A stretch of 64,000 nucleotides of DNA, taken from an uncultured virus (IMG/VR IMGVR_UViG_3300025071_000009). Its lineage: Duplodnaviria > Heunggongvirae > Uroviricota > Caudoviricetes. Where the stretch lies: the IMG/VR virus record IMGVR_UViG_3300025071_000009. One strand, written 5' to 3'. Positions 28,101 to 38,000 of the stretch are shown piece by piece. Each line of letters starts with the position of its first letter. Positions within the stretch are counted from its first letter, which is position 1. A program made the position numbers and the translations under genes. The notes under the pieces are model-generated. The model had not been told where the DNA came from. It searched no databases and was given only the letters and a program-made list of their open reading frames with translations.

Positions 28101-30015
28101 CTGTGTCTTCCTTTCTGCTTAGTGATTCAATCAGCGACTTCATTTCGCTGCTTGTGTTAAATAGTTTCTCTTCTTCATTTTCATTTTCTTCATAAATCCC
28201 TCTCGCTAATGAGTCAAGCCCACCAAAGCCAACCTTTCCGGGAAAGGTTGTTCTAGATGTTGACCCACGAACTTCTCCGCTAAATGCTTGGTTCTTCATT
28301 TGCTTCGCGAACCCGCCCTTACGATAAGAGATCTTGTGCTTCTTGTATGGACCTCTCTTATTTGGTTTTGAGTCATCATCACGCTTCGCTGGTGGCTCGG
28401 CTAGTAAATCTGGTTCATCTCCTGCAGCATCTGCAGCAGGTGCATCGCCTCCAAGATCATCTCCACCTAAGTCTCCTCCAAGATCATCTCCACCTAAATC
28501 TCCTCCAAGATCACCACCTAAGTCTCCACCTAGGTCCCCACCACCGGCGTCTCCACCTTCAGGTGCAGTGCCTGCTGCTTCAAGTCCAGCCATGAACTTT
28601 TTGTCTGAGAACATTTCTCTTTGCATTCTCAAATATTCGTCTTGAGATAATCCAAGTAGATTTTCAGAAACCCAACGACGTGAGAAATAGCCCTCTGTTG
28701 CTGCTCCAGCAATATCAAACTTAGTCTTCCAGTGTTCTAGCTCTTGCATCTCGGCAATCTTAGATGGATTGTTGAGACTTAGTTTAAAGTTTAATAAGTC
28801 ATCACCACGATACCCAAGAGTGTATAGGTGAACAATTCCGATCTTTTCAAGTTCAGTGATCAATACTCTTTGTAGCCTTTGGATTGTTCTGGCAAATCTA
28901 ATGTCTTTTTGTGCGAGAGTTGTCTTATCCTCAGTGGAACCTTCTCCCATGGAGAGATACGATTGAGGAACTTTTAATGCTGAGAACAATTTGTCGCGGA
29001 GATACTTCACGTCTTCGATCTGTGCTGTGAATGCTCCACCAGGTAGATTTTCGATGTTGGTAGAAGACTGCCCACCCTTAACTGGTATAAAATAATCTTC
29101 CTCAATCGATAGTGGATTGTAACGCAAATCCACACGACCAGATGTGGGATCTACAACTTGGTGGCGCTTCATTTGTGTCATGACTTTTTGCATGTACCCT
29201 TCGACATCTTGAGGTGCGATTCCACCGACGTCAATTTTAAACACACGCCGTTCTGGTGACCTTGTAATGCGGTAGGCCATCATTGCGTCCTCGAGGAGCG
29301 TAAGTTGTCTCCAGATGCGTCTAGAGGGTTCTAAAGCCGATGTTCCGTATGGAGCATGTTTGTCGTTTCCAAGAACTCTAAAGTGAGCCATTTGCCAATT
29401 CTCTAGAGTTAGTCCGGCTGAGTTCCACTGAAACTGGACGTAGTTTGGGTTTGTTGGGTCTTCACCTTCAAGCCTTTCAACTTCTTGAGGTGGGAGTCCA
29501 ATACAATTTTGTAATCCCTTCTCTTCATCCAGATCTAAGTATAAAAACATGTCTCCATACTTACACATAGTCCTAGCCCAACCAAAGAGATTGTGTTCGA
29601 TATTCATTACACTGTAATATAGTGAATGTAGAATATATTTAATTTCATCATTCGGACACTTAATGTGGAGCATTGGAGTCAATGCTGAGTGAGTGGTCAT
29701 CTCGTCTGCGTAGATGTCGAGAGATGATGCGATTTCAGGTGTGAATTCCATTTGGTCGAAGTCGACGTAACGCTCTGAACGGTTTCTGTTTGTAATCATG
29801 TTCAAAGCCATGACGTTCATCGGATTATATTCAGTCTTCTTGAACTGTTGGCCGGATGCGGTTCTAAATCTTTTTGCATACATATCTAAATGCCGGCGTC
29901 TTATTTGTCTGCCTGACTGGGTTCTTCTCTGTGTTAGAGGTCCCGAGAACATTCTTGTTAAAGATTTAAATAAGTCATTCTTATTATTATTAGGGTTTCT
30001 TTCGTTACGAGCCAT
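28090..30015 (-). CDS. gp20: Portal protein, T4 gp20-like
   Basis: LLEDAMMAYRITRSPERRVFKIDVG, EEDYFIPVKGG, IEDVKYLRDKLFSALKVP, FARTIQRLQ. Gly/Asp-rich tail. Confidence 0.95.
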   Translation of the reverse strand: MARNERNPNNNKNDLFKSLTRMFSGPLTQRRTQSGRQIRRRHLDMYAKRFRTASGQQFKKTEYNPMNVMALNMITNRNRSERYVDFDQMEFTPEIASSLDIYADEMTTHSALTPMLHIKCPNDEIKYILHSLYYSVMNIEHNLFGWARTMCKYGDMFLYLDLDEEKGLQNCIGLPPQEVERLEGEDPTNPNYVQFQWNSAGLTLENWQMAHFRVLGNDKHAPYGTSALEPSRRIWRQLTLLEDAMMAYRITRSPERRVFKIDVGGIAPQDVEGYMQKVMTQMKRHQVVDPTSGRVDLRYNPLSIEEDYFIPVKGGQSSTNIENLPGGAFTAQIEDVKYLRDKLFSALKVPQSYLSMGEGSTEDKTTLAQKDIRFARTIQRLQRVLITELEKIGIVHLYTLGYRGDDLLNFKLSLNNPSKIAEMQELEHWKTKFDIAGAATEGYFSRRWVSENLLGLSQDEYLRMQREMFSDKKFMAGLEAAGTAPEGGDAGGGDLGGDLGGDLGGDLGGDDLGGDLGGDDLGGDAPAADAAGDEPDLLAEPPAKRDDDSKPNKRGPYKKHKISYRKGGFAKQMKNQAFSGEVRGSTSRTTFPGKVGFGGLDSLARGIYEENENEEEKLFNTSSEMKSLIESLSRKEDTDET

Positions 30016-30018
30016 TTT

Positions 30019-31596
30019 TTATCCTTTGTATATCCACAAAAAGTTTTTTGTTTTTTCTATCTCCTCCTCGTATTTCTGCTCGAACGTTTCTTTATAGATC
30101 TTTTGGCCTTTGATTTGAGTATTCATCGTTGTTGTCGACTTCATCAAACCACCGATCATTGCCTTTTTGTAAGCCATGTCTCTTTCATTTTCTGATAGGG
30201 CCGTGTCTCTCACCCAGCATGCGATTGCTAGGGACATAACCAAATCATCATTGTAAGATCGCATTGCTTGAGGCTTGCCGTTGTGCCAAATAAAAGTTTT
30301 TAGTTCGTGAAAAACACGATTAGAGTGTATATTAATTAGTTTGTTTCTAACGTATTCTTCCAATTTGGCTACGATTAAGGGTCTTGTCTTGGTTGACGTT
30401 GTAAAGCCAAGCACGGCTCTGTCGTCATTCTCGGCCAAATAAGACTCGACATAATCATGAGTTGACTTGATTGAGTAATATATTTTTTTATACTCTAAGT
30501 CTTTTAATTTTTCCAAAACGGCTATGCCGATTCCATTATTTTCCACGACTAGAAGGCAAGTCCCATATTCACTTCCGGCTGAATAGAGTATATCTGCGTA
30601 CATGTCCAAGTCTGGTTTTCCTTGGTATTCGGCTACAACGGTCATAGTGTCCACTCTTAATATGTGGAAGCAAGAAAAATCAGTACCATCTCCACGGGCA
30701 ACATCAGCTACCAAAAGATATGGAACTCCTTCTTCATGCCTTTCCCAAATCCAATAGTTTCTGTCGTAACCGGTTTTATATTTTGGATCCGTAACTCCAG
30801 CATGTAATATCTGTAAGTCTTCTGGATTAATGACTGTCTCACCAGATGCATTGAACGAGCACTCAAGCTCCTGCGCGATTTGCCTCTTGGACATATTTCG
30901 CGTCTCTTTTGAGAACCACTCTTCGTCTCTCTCAGGGTGTACATCCCACATTAACTTTGTGGGAAAGAAATCATTCATTTCATTCTCAGCTTCAGTGTAA
31001 GACTTGTGGAACCAGTTTCCAACGCCGTTGGGGGTGCTCAGAGCGATACAGCGGCCCCCTGTAGACAAAGTAGGGTAAAGACCCGTCCAAAGCTCTTCAA
31101 GGCCGTCAACGAACGCTGCCTCGTCTATAATGAGAAGCGACAGTGCTTCTGAACGACCAGCATCGCCTGATGTGGTTCCGGCTTTAACTTGAGAACCGTT
31201 TGTCAACTCGAATGATTGCTTGTTGTCTGTTGCGATTTTCGCAATCATCATCCACGATGGAAGGTTCTTGAAGATCATCTTGACCTTCTTTACTAGATTC
31301 ACAGCTGTGGATAGTTTTGTTGCGATTACGAGAACATTCTTTTCTCGGTGGAATAACATGAACCAAGCGACATAAGCAGCCGAGATGGTTGATATCCCGA
31401 GCTGCCTTGCTTTTAAAATTACGTTAAAACGGTAATCGTTAAAGTTTTTGAGCATGTCCTTTTGATAGTCATACGTCTTAAAAGGGATTTGCCCGTGCAT
31501 TGGATGGGAGATCTTACAATAATTATCAATGAAGTATTGAGGATCTTTTCCGCATCTTACAAGTTCTTTAACAATTTCATTTTTGGTGAGTTTCAT
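30019..31596 (-). CDS. terL: Terminase large subunit, T4 gp17-like
   Basis: KARQLGIST (Walker A), LIIDEAAF (Walker B), STPNG, nuclease ADVARGDG...DDLVMS. Confidence 0.95.
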   Translation of the reverse strand: MKLTKNEIVKELVRCGKDPQYFIDNYCKISHPMHGQIPFKTYDYQKDMLKNFNDYRFNVILKARQLGISTISAAYVAWFMLFHREKNVLVIATKLSTAVNLVKKVKMIFKNLPSWMMIAKIATDNKQSFELTNGSQVKAGTTSGDAGRSEALSLLIIDEAAFVDGLEELWTGLYPTLSTGGRCIALSTPNGVGNWFHKSYTEAENEMNDFFPTKLMWDVHPERDEEWFSKETRNMSKRQIAQELECSFNASGETVINPEDLQILHAGVTDPKYKTGYDRNYWIWERHEEGVPYLLVADVARGDGTDFSCFHILRVDTMTVVAEYQGKPDLDMYADILYSAGSEYGTCLLVVENNGIGIAVLEKLKDLEYKKIYYSIKSTHDYVESYLAENDDRAVLGFTTSTKTRPLIVAKLEEYVRNKLINIHSNRVFHELKTFIWHNGKPQAMRSYNDDLVMSLAIACWVRDTALSENERDMAYKKAMIGGLMKSTTTMNTQIKGQKIYKETFEQKYEEEIEKTKNFLWIYKG

Positions 31597-31615
31597 CTAA
31601 CCTCGATACTATATC

Positions 31616-31954
31616 TTATGGAACAGCGGTAGTTGTGTAAATTTTTCCTTTGTATCCCATTATTTTCATTTGATCTTGCAATGCCATTGTTGGATAATTC
31701 TCTCCCTTAAAGGCAGGATGTCTATAAGCTAAATGTCTGAGAACTTTGGCTGACCAATCATAGTTCTTAGGACCCCTTTCTAGCTGGTCAATTCCCCATT
31801 TCAAAGCTTTTTTTTGCTCATCATTGAAGTCGTATGCGACCCCCATGGACGCCTTTGGCATTGGAAAATCACCACCCGCAGTGTATCCCTCATCAACAAC
31901 TTGCTCTAGTTCTTCTTTGATGATTTGCTTTAATGCTTCTTTTGTGAGTTTCAT
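31616..31954 (-). CDS. Leader-motif cassette protein 2 (MKLTKEALKQIIKEE)
   Basis: Shared leader. ATGA overlap with the upstream gene. Confidence 0.75.
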   Translation of the reverse strand: MKLTKEALKQIIKEELEQVVDEGYTAGGDFPMPKASMGVAYDFNDEQKKALKWGIDQLERGPKNYDWSAKVLRHLAYRHPAFKGENYPTMALQDQMKIMGYKGKIYTTTAVP

Positions 31955-32511
31955 TTCTGATTATCCTTTGGGCTGATCTTTTCATTTTGGGGACGTTTTG
32001 CTTTCGCGGTCTCCAAGAATTTCTTTGTAATATCTCGAGTGGTGGTTTCCGATGGTGCATTAATTTGATCCATCTTAAGTCCGCCAATCTTATAGTGTTG
32101 GTAAGCCTGCACAAAAGTACGTACTCGTGAAGTTGTTTGGACGATAATTTTTGGATCACCCTTGCTCGTCAAAGATACTGATTTACCAGTGATTGTCTTA
32201 TATTCTTTTTGTAAGAACTTCTTGACTTCGTTCAATGTTCTGGTAATTTCGTTTTCAAACCCATCGTCTTTCAAATCTCTCATCATAACATCGGATTGAT
32301 AGTTAATGATCATTGAGTCTCCATAAAACTTGACCTTGAAGCCGTCAATGACTCGTTTGTCAAGAAGAGGAATTCCTTCTTCTCGCATGAGACCAATCTT
32401 GCGAACTTGTCCGTCGTGTGAGTAGTTTTCCATGTGCTGGGCGCCATCGTATGAACCGTTGGCTGCTGCTTGGCTAAGTCCTCTAATAATTTCTAATGTT
32501 TCTTTGCTCAT
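31951..32511 (-). CDS. Hypothetical protein
   Basis: 186-aa ORF with SD AAGGAG. Confidence 0.7.
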   Translation of the reverse strand: MSKETLEIIRGLSQAAANGSYDGAQHMENYSHDGQVRKIGLMREEGIPLLDKRVIDGFKVKFYGDSMIINYQSDVMMRDLKDDGFENEITRTLNEVKKFLQKEYKTITGKSVSLTSKGDPKIIVQTTSRVRTFVQAYQHYKIGGLKMDQINAPSETTTRDITKKFLETAKAKRPQNEKISPKDNQK

Positions 32512-32536
32512 TGGCTATCTCCTTATTTTAAACAAA

Positions 32537-32887
32537 TTAAGCTTGTGGTTGCTCACCATCGATGGCGAAGGCGCCCTTTGCCATGAGATCGATGGTGATG
32601 GAAGTCTTTGATGGCTCAATCTGATCGTCCGGTTGACCTGTGTAGGTCTCGTAATCAAATCTGACGGAATCTTGATCGCCACTGGAACCAATAGCTTCTG
32701 CTGCTTTGTTTTCCAAGTCGTTTAGTGCATTCTGCTCAAACCTATCATCATTGTTAAGCAAATGGTCATACGCGTTTTGATAAGCGTCATTGAACTTTCC
32801 GAGATTAAGTTCTCCGTATTCCTCGCGCATTACTTTGCCCAATTCTTCTTTGATAATTCTTTTTAGTGTTTCTTTTGTAAGTTTCAT
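32537..32887 (-). CDS. Leader-motif cassette protein 3 (MKLTKETLKRIIKEE)
   Basis: Start re-assigned to the ATG at 32887 (SD GGAG). Acidic unique domain. Confidence 0.75.
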   Translation of the reverse strand: MKLTKETLKRIIKEELGKVMREEYGELNLGKFNDAYQNAYDHLLNNDDRFEQNALNDLENKAAEAIGSSGDQDSVRFDYETYTGQPDDQIEPSKTSITIDLMAKGAFAIDGEQPQA

Positions 32888-33279
32888 TTGTTTGGTCTCC
32901 AACCTGATTTTTGTTTTCTTTATCTCAAGTCTAGCAAGCCTTGCACCATTCCTGAAACAACTGATTCAATTGCGGTCGCATCATTTTGGCTAGAAATTGA
33001 TTCTGGGACTCTCTTCATAATGTCTGGTGTGAACTTTCCAGCAGCATCAGTCTTTGGGTCTACTTGAGCATCTCTCATGTAGTTGCTTACGACACCATAC
33101 AGGACATCTACTGATCCTTTCATCATGCCCGAGGCCCAATTTTTAATCTTTTCTTCCATTTGGGCGCTCTTAGAGGGTCCACTCATGCCGTATCCTTCAT
33201 CTAGAAATGCTTGCATTTCTTCTTTGATAATTCGTTTTAATGTTTCTTTTGTAAGTTTCATAATTTTGGTCTCCAACCT
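32843..33279 (-). repeat. Direct repeat of about 60 nt (period 374 nt) spanning gene end and leader
   Basis: AGGTTGGAGACCAAA is identical at 32891-32905 and 33265-33279. Each copy is followed after 3 nt by ATGAAACTTACAAAAGAAACA. Confidence 0.85.
32920..33261 (-). CDS. Leader-motif cassette protein 4 (MKLTKETLKRIIKEE)
   Basis: Start re-assigned to 33261 (ATGA overlap with the upstream stop). Confidence 0.75.
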   Translation of the reverse strand: MKLTKETLKRIIKEEMQAFLDEGYGMSGPSKSAQMEEKIKNWASGMMKGSVDVLYGVVSNYMRDAQVDPKTDAAGKFTPDIMKRVPESISSQNDATAIESVVSGMVQGLLDLR

Positions 33280-33629
33280 TTTTTCCATCTTTCTTCTCGG
33301 CCTTCTATCCACTGGATATAACACTTGTTGCAACAACCAAATTTCGTCATATATAAATCATCAACGGATTTGAATGAATAAGTGTTACAAGTTGGACATG
33401 AACGCTCGGATTCTTTATTAAGTAGTTCTTTTGATATTAAAACTCCACCAAGCTCCACTCTTTCGCTTTCCGATTTATCATTGCGATAGTTTGACTTCAG
33501 TTCAGCTAAATACTCTTTTTCTTTCTCATCATCCCATTCTGACTTGGGGTTCACTATGGCTTCTTTACCATATCTTTCTGCTATGGCTTTCTCAACCTTT
33601 ACAGCATAATTTGGATCTTTTTTACTCAC
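33258..33629 (-). CDS. Zinc-finger hypothetical protein
   Basis: GTG start at 33629 with SD GAGG. CPTC...CCNKC, ending WKKGWRPKL. Confidence 0.65.
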   Translation of the reverse strand: MSKKDPNYAVKVEKAIAERYGKEAIVNPKSEWDDEKEKEYLAELKSNYRNDKSESERVELGGVLISKELLNKESERSCPTCNTYSFKSVDDLYMTKFGCCNKCYIQWIEGREERWKKGWRPKL

Positions 33630-34050
33630 TTTCACCTCGTTTTTGCCAATCATAAGAAACCTTATCTTTTTCGATAGGTCCACCTTTTGCCCACGTATAG
33701 CAGCTACGAGCGGAGTGACACTTGAAATTATGCATCCAACAGTAGCCAAGTCGTCCATCATCATCAGATGTTGTGCCGGGCATGCACTCATCCATTCTGG
33801 GGCTTATATCGAAAGCAACGCAATTCCCACAAAGCGACTTCTTTGCTGCATCCACGTCTGTATCCCAATGTTCTGCGATGTCTTCCCAGTATTCTCCAGG
33901 CTCATCGACGTTCAAAGGTCCGTATTTGATATGCTTAGCTTTGATTGCTGAGTCTCTGTTTCGAGTATTCAACTCTAGATCTTGAGTCGGCTTTGGACAG
34001 ACCATTCCTATTATTTTTTGAATAGATTGTTTTATTTTAATTCGTATCAT
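33622..34050 (-). CDS. Cys-rich hypothetical protein (metal/Fe-S binding candidate)
   Basis: CGNCVAF...C...GYCWMHNFKCHSARSCYTW. Confidence 0.65.
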   Translation of the reverse strand: MIRIKIKQSIQKIIGMVCPKPTQDLELNTRNRDSAIKAKHIKYGPLNVDEPGEYWEDIAEHWDTDVDAAKKSLCGNCVAFDISPRMDECMPGTTSDDDGRLGYCWMHNFKCHSARSCYTWAKGGPIEKDKVSYDWQKRGESE

Positions 34051-34444
34051 TTATATTCACCACTGCGTAATATGTCGCAAGAGAAGACGCTGTTCCCAAC
34101 GTAAAGCCTCCAAAAAAGATCCACATGGATCTTTTAGGATTGACGTGCTTGCGCAAGGTTTGGATTTCCTGGTCTCGGATCTCCATTAGTGCATCGTGCT
34201 TCTTTTGCAAAGTTTCCTTTTCAATGCCTAAATAGTCAATTTCTAGTTGTTTCTCTGCTAATTGTAGAGAATAATCTAACGACATTTGGATCTCGCATTG
34301 CTCCTCAGCGAACTCTTTCCCTGCTATTATTGAAGCCACTGCTTCATCGTTGAATAGTCTGCCACCAAAAGGAGCCGCCTGACCTTTATCGAGAGAGGTC
34401 ATGAGCGGCTCGGCAGAGACTAATGAAATTACTAGTAAAATCAT
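34037..34444 (-). CDS. Signal-peptide + coiled-coil + C-terminal TM protein (spanin-like candidate)
   Basis: MILLVISLVSA/EP signal, heptad region, terminal WIFFGGFTLGTASSLATYYAVV. Confidence 0.45.
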   Translation of the reverse strand: MILLVISLVSAEPLMTSLDKGQAAPFGGRLFNDEAVASIIAGKEFAEEQCEIQMSLDYSLQLAEKQLEIDYLGIEKETLQKKHDALMEIRDQEIQTLRKHVNPKRSMWIFFGGFTLGTASSLATYYAVVNINDTN

Positions 34445-34812
34445 TTTAGTTTTGCGATGTTATATTCTTCCATCAAGATACGATCAATAGCATCAGGGTC
34501 TTCTTTTGCTAATTCAATCAGCTCAAGCTTTCTTTCAATATCGTGCTTTTCTAAGTCTGTCTGGGCGGTGTTTCTCTTCTTCATTAGAGCAAGTCGTGAT
34601 TCAGAATATTTTTTTCTTGCGAGAGATTTCTTTAGTATCTCATCAGAAGCTGTCTTGACGATAGTTTCTATCTCTTTCTCTTTTGCTGTTGCGGAGGCTT
34701 CAGCTACTTGGACCTGTTTTTCTTTAGTCTTCCTTCCAAGAACAAATACAAAAAGGACGACGAGTCCAGATGCAACAAGTTCCCACTTATCTTTAATCCA
34801 ATCCCACATCAT
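34441..34812 (-). CDS. N-terminal TM + coiled-coil protein (i-spanin-like candidate)
   Basis: WELVASGLVVLFVFVLG followed by a charged coiled coil. Confidence 0.45.
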   Translation of the reverse strand: MMWDWIKDKWELVASGLVVLFVFVLGRKTKEKQVQVAEASATAKEKEIETIVKTASDEILKKSLARKKYSESRLALMKKRNTAQTDLEKHDIERKLELIELAKEDPDAIDRILMEEYNIAKLK

Positions 34813-35003
34813 CCGTTTCTCCATGCTGTTGCGAAGTCAATCGCTGTTTGACCGCCAATATAAGTAACTGCGATCATCCCCCATGTTTCAGAGCTTAAGT
34901 CTGAAAAGTACATTAGAGCTGTTGCTACTGCGAATACTAAAAGCTTTCGAGAGATAACCTTCTCCTGAACAGCATCGAGCATCCCTTTGTCTTCGTTTTC
35001 CAT
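34809..35003 (-). CDS. Small two-TM holin-like protein
   Basis: SRKLLVFAVATALMYF...WGMIAVTYIGGQTAIDF. Start MENEDK at 35003, with ACTATTTA at 35029-35036. Confidence 0.5.
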   Translation of the reverse strand: MENEDKGMLDAVQEKVISRKLLVFAVATALMYFSDLSSETWGMIAVTYIGGQTAIDFATAWRNG

Positions 35004-35044
35004 AATAAAATCCTCCAAAAGAATGCTCTAAATAGTCGCTTTGA

Positions 35045-38000
35045 TTACAATTTTACTTGTGCATACCCATCGGTCTTATCTATATCTATCGACATGTCAA
35101 CGACATCCTTCAGACTTTCGAGGTGCGTAATTAAGAGAACTGTTTTAAACTGTGTCTTAATCATTTGTAACAGTCTAGCGAAGCCTTCCATGTGTTCTGC
35201 GTCTAGCGCAGTCGCTGGTTCGTCGAGGACAAATATGTTGGACTTTGGAAGAGAAGATACAGAGATCAAAGCAAGTCGAACAGCCATAGACGCGATTGTC
35301 TTTTCTGCACCAGAACCCATTGACAATGGCCGAGGATCGTACTTTGGATGCTTGAGGTATATCTCGAGCTTTCCTCCGTCTTCTGCGAAGAATACTTGAA
35401 AATCAACAATTGAAGAAAGCACCTTTTGTATCTCTTCATTGATAACTGGTAGCATGGACTTAATGACTTCATAAGAAATTCCATTTGGATGGGTTGCTTT
35501 CACAAAAATATCATAAGCAATGTAGTCCCGCTCAGCGTCTTTGATTTGTTGAATTCTCTCAGAAGCTTCATGAATCATCCTTTCAGCAGACCCCTTCTCA
35601 GACATAAATCCCAGAACTCTCTCTTCACAGCGTTGAATCTCGGCTGCTTTTATGCTTACAGTTTTGGTAATCGCACTCAAATCTCCTTGTAGAGATGTTA
35701 GATTCTCATATGCTTCGATGTTATCGCTATAGTAAGCAATGTCTGACTCACAGTCGTTGATTTTCCTCTCCATCAATGAAACCTTTCCTTCGCAGTTTTC
35801 CCGCTTTAAGGACATGTTGCGAACTTCAGATTGCTCCCTTGTTAATGTGTCGCGTTGGACTTCATAGTCTCGGACAATTGCTTCTGAATAAACTTCGTTA
35901 ATCAGCGATGCTTTCATTTTCAAGTCAAGCATTTCGGAATTAAGAGCCTCTATGTTCTGAATAACGTCCACAATCGTAACCTTTGCTTCTTCTGCTTTCT
36001 TAACAAACTCGTTGTTACTACAGAAGCTGCAATCTGGATCGTACTCATGGTCGTGCAACATGTCTATCTTGGATTGTAGCCTAGATCTTTCTCGTTTTGC
36101 TTTTTCAGCAGCCTTGTGGGTTTTGCTTATTTGTTCTTTGAGTAAAGACAGTGTTTGCAATTCTTCCTTTGCTTGAACTGACTCCTCGAGCAAACTAGGC
36201 AATCTAAGGCTTAAATCTTCAATTTGAGATCGTTTTGATGCTATCTCGGTAGATAGCCTAGCCATCTCTTTAGAGTTGCTTGAAAGCGATTTACGAGCTT
36301 TTAAAAGATTCTTTTCTACGCTTTCGATGTTTATTTCTTTTTGTGATGCAGCATCGACTTGATTCTTTATCAATTGCTGCTCTTCTTTCAAGGTCTCGAG
36401 TCTAGATACGTGCTTTGTACACAAGTCTCTTTGGGTTGCAATATCTTCCAAGATCTCTGACAACTCAGCATTTGCCCTAGACAGTTTCCTGCCCCAATCA
36501 GCGGACTGGAGGTGTTTAATTACTCCTCGCATTTCTGCTGAGTCTTGCTTTGCTAGTTTGTGCATTTGATCAAAGATTTGTAAATCTAAGAACTTAGCCA
36601 AGATTTCTTTACGCTTTGTCGAGCCTTCGTTGATAAATCCAAAGGAATCGTTCTGTGCTGCTAATGAGGTCATCATGAAATCCTCTAGAGATCCAAACGT
36701 ATTTCTTATGTTTTCATCAGTCTTATTTCGAGTGTCGCCATTTTTAGACTCGGCGATTGTACCAAAAGTATACTTTGTGAAGTCTAATTCTGTTTTGGCT
36801 GAGTGGCTTTCTTTGCCTTTAGAGCGGATGGTTGTTTTTTCGAGGCTTCGAGTAACTTTGTATAGATCATCACCGACAGCGATCTCGAGCTTACAAAGAG
36901 CTCTTTCTTGGTTTTGATTGATGATATGGACATTCTTTCTTTCTCCCTTTGATGTTGTATTAAATAATCCGAAGAGAGCAGCGTCGACAATTGAAGATTT
37001 GCCTGAATAATTCTTTCCGAAGATACCAACCAAACCATTGAGTTTGGAGAAGTCCAACGTGTTGCCCTTTCCGTAGTTAAATAGGTAGTTCCATTGCATT
37101 TTCTTAATATCCCAAACAACATTACGTGACGTTCCTGTTGAAGTGTCTACTTTCTTTAGGTACTCTCGAGATAATTCTACAACTTTCTCGCGGATAGAAT
37201 CATCAATTTGTTGATCCGACATAAATTCTCTTAAGAATTTTTCTTGATTCTTTGGGTCTCTCATGTTTAGTGCCCTACCATTCTTAGCGGAAGATACTGC
37301 GCCTGTTGCTGATGAATTATTAATAAAGCTAACGGAATGGGTTGACCATTTTACTTGTGCATAATCGCATGCTCTCTTTAGTTTGGCCATAGGCAAGTTG
37401 TGATTACAAACCAAACGCAATCGAGAATTCTTGGGAACATCTGCTTTGGGCAAAGTTCCGTCTTGATTTAGCTCTATTGTTACAAATGGTCGTGGCGAGC
37501 GAAATAATCTTTTTTGAATGGTGTGCTTTTCTTTAGAGTGAATGTTCCAAATTAAGTAACCTTTTAATTGAGATTCTCCAAAGTTCTGCTGAACAGTTGA
37601 ACCACAATACCACACTCTTCCTTCGACATCCAAGTGTTGGGTGCGATGGATATCTCCAAGCATCGCGTAATCAAAGTCAGAAAAAATTGATAAATCATCC
37701 TCACCGTGATCCAAAGAAAATCCGGATCCCACCTGAGATCCACGGACGGCGCCATGATACAATGCAATATTAATTGACTTTGAATTGGAAGGCGATCTCC
37801 AATTGTCTCTATCGAAGACAGAAAGGACATTGAATGTAACGCCTGGTTCAGGGGAATACTCTCCTGAGTTCTTAAGTAAAGTGAAGTTTGGATGTTGCAT
37901 TGCTTCTGCTATAGGAGTAACTGCATCTTGCCGGTCTCCATTCTTAAGGTTTCCGTCATGATTTCCAAGAATCATAATTGTTGGTGCAATGTCCGATAGA

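Noticed and set aside
28090..31596. Introns or inteins in portal/terminase
   Set aside because: Both ORFs are continuous and of ordinary size, with no intein or homing-endonuclease motifs seen.
32537..33791. ORF-track starts at 32902, 33336 and 33791 (also 10360, 15798, 27610, 41390, 42349)
   Set aside because: The upstream extensions overlap neighbouring genes, promoters or terminators. SD position and stop-start coupling support the shorter starts used here.
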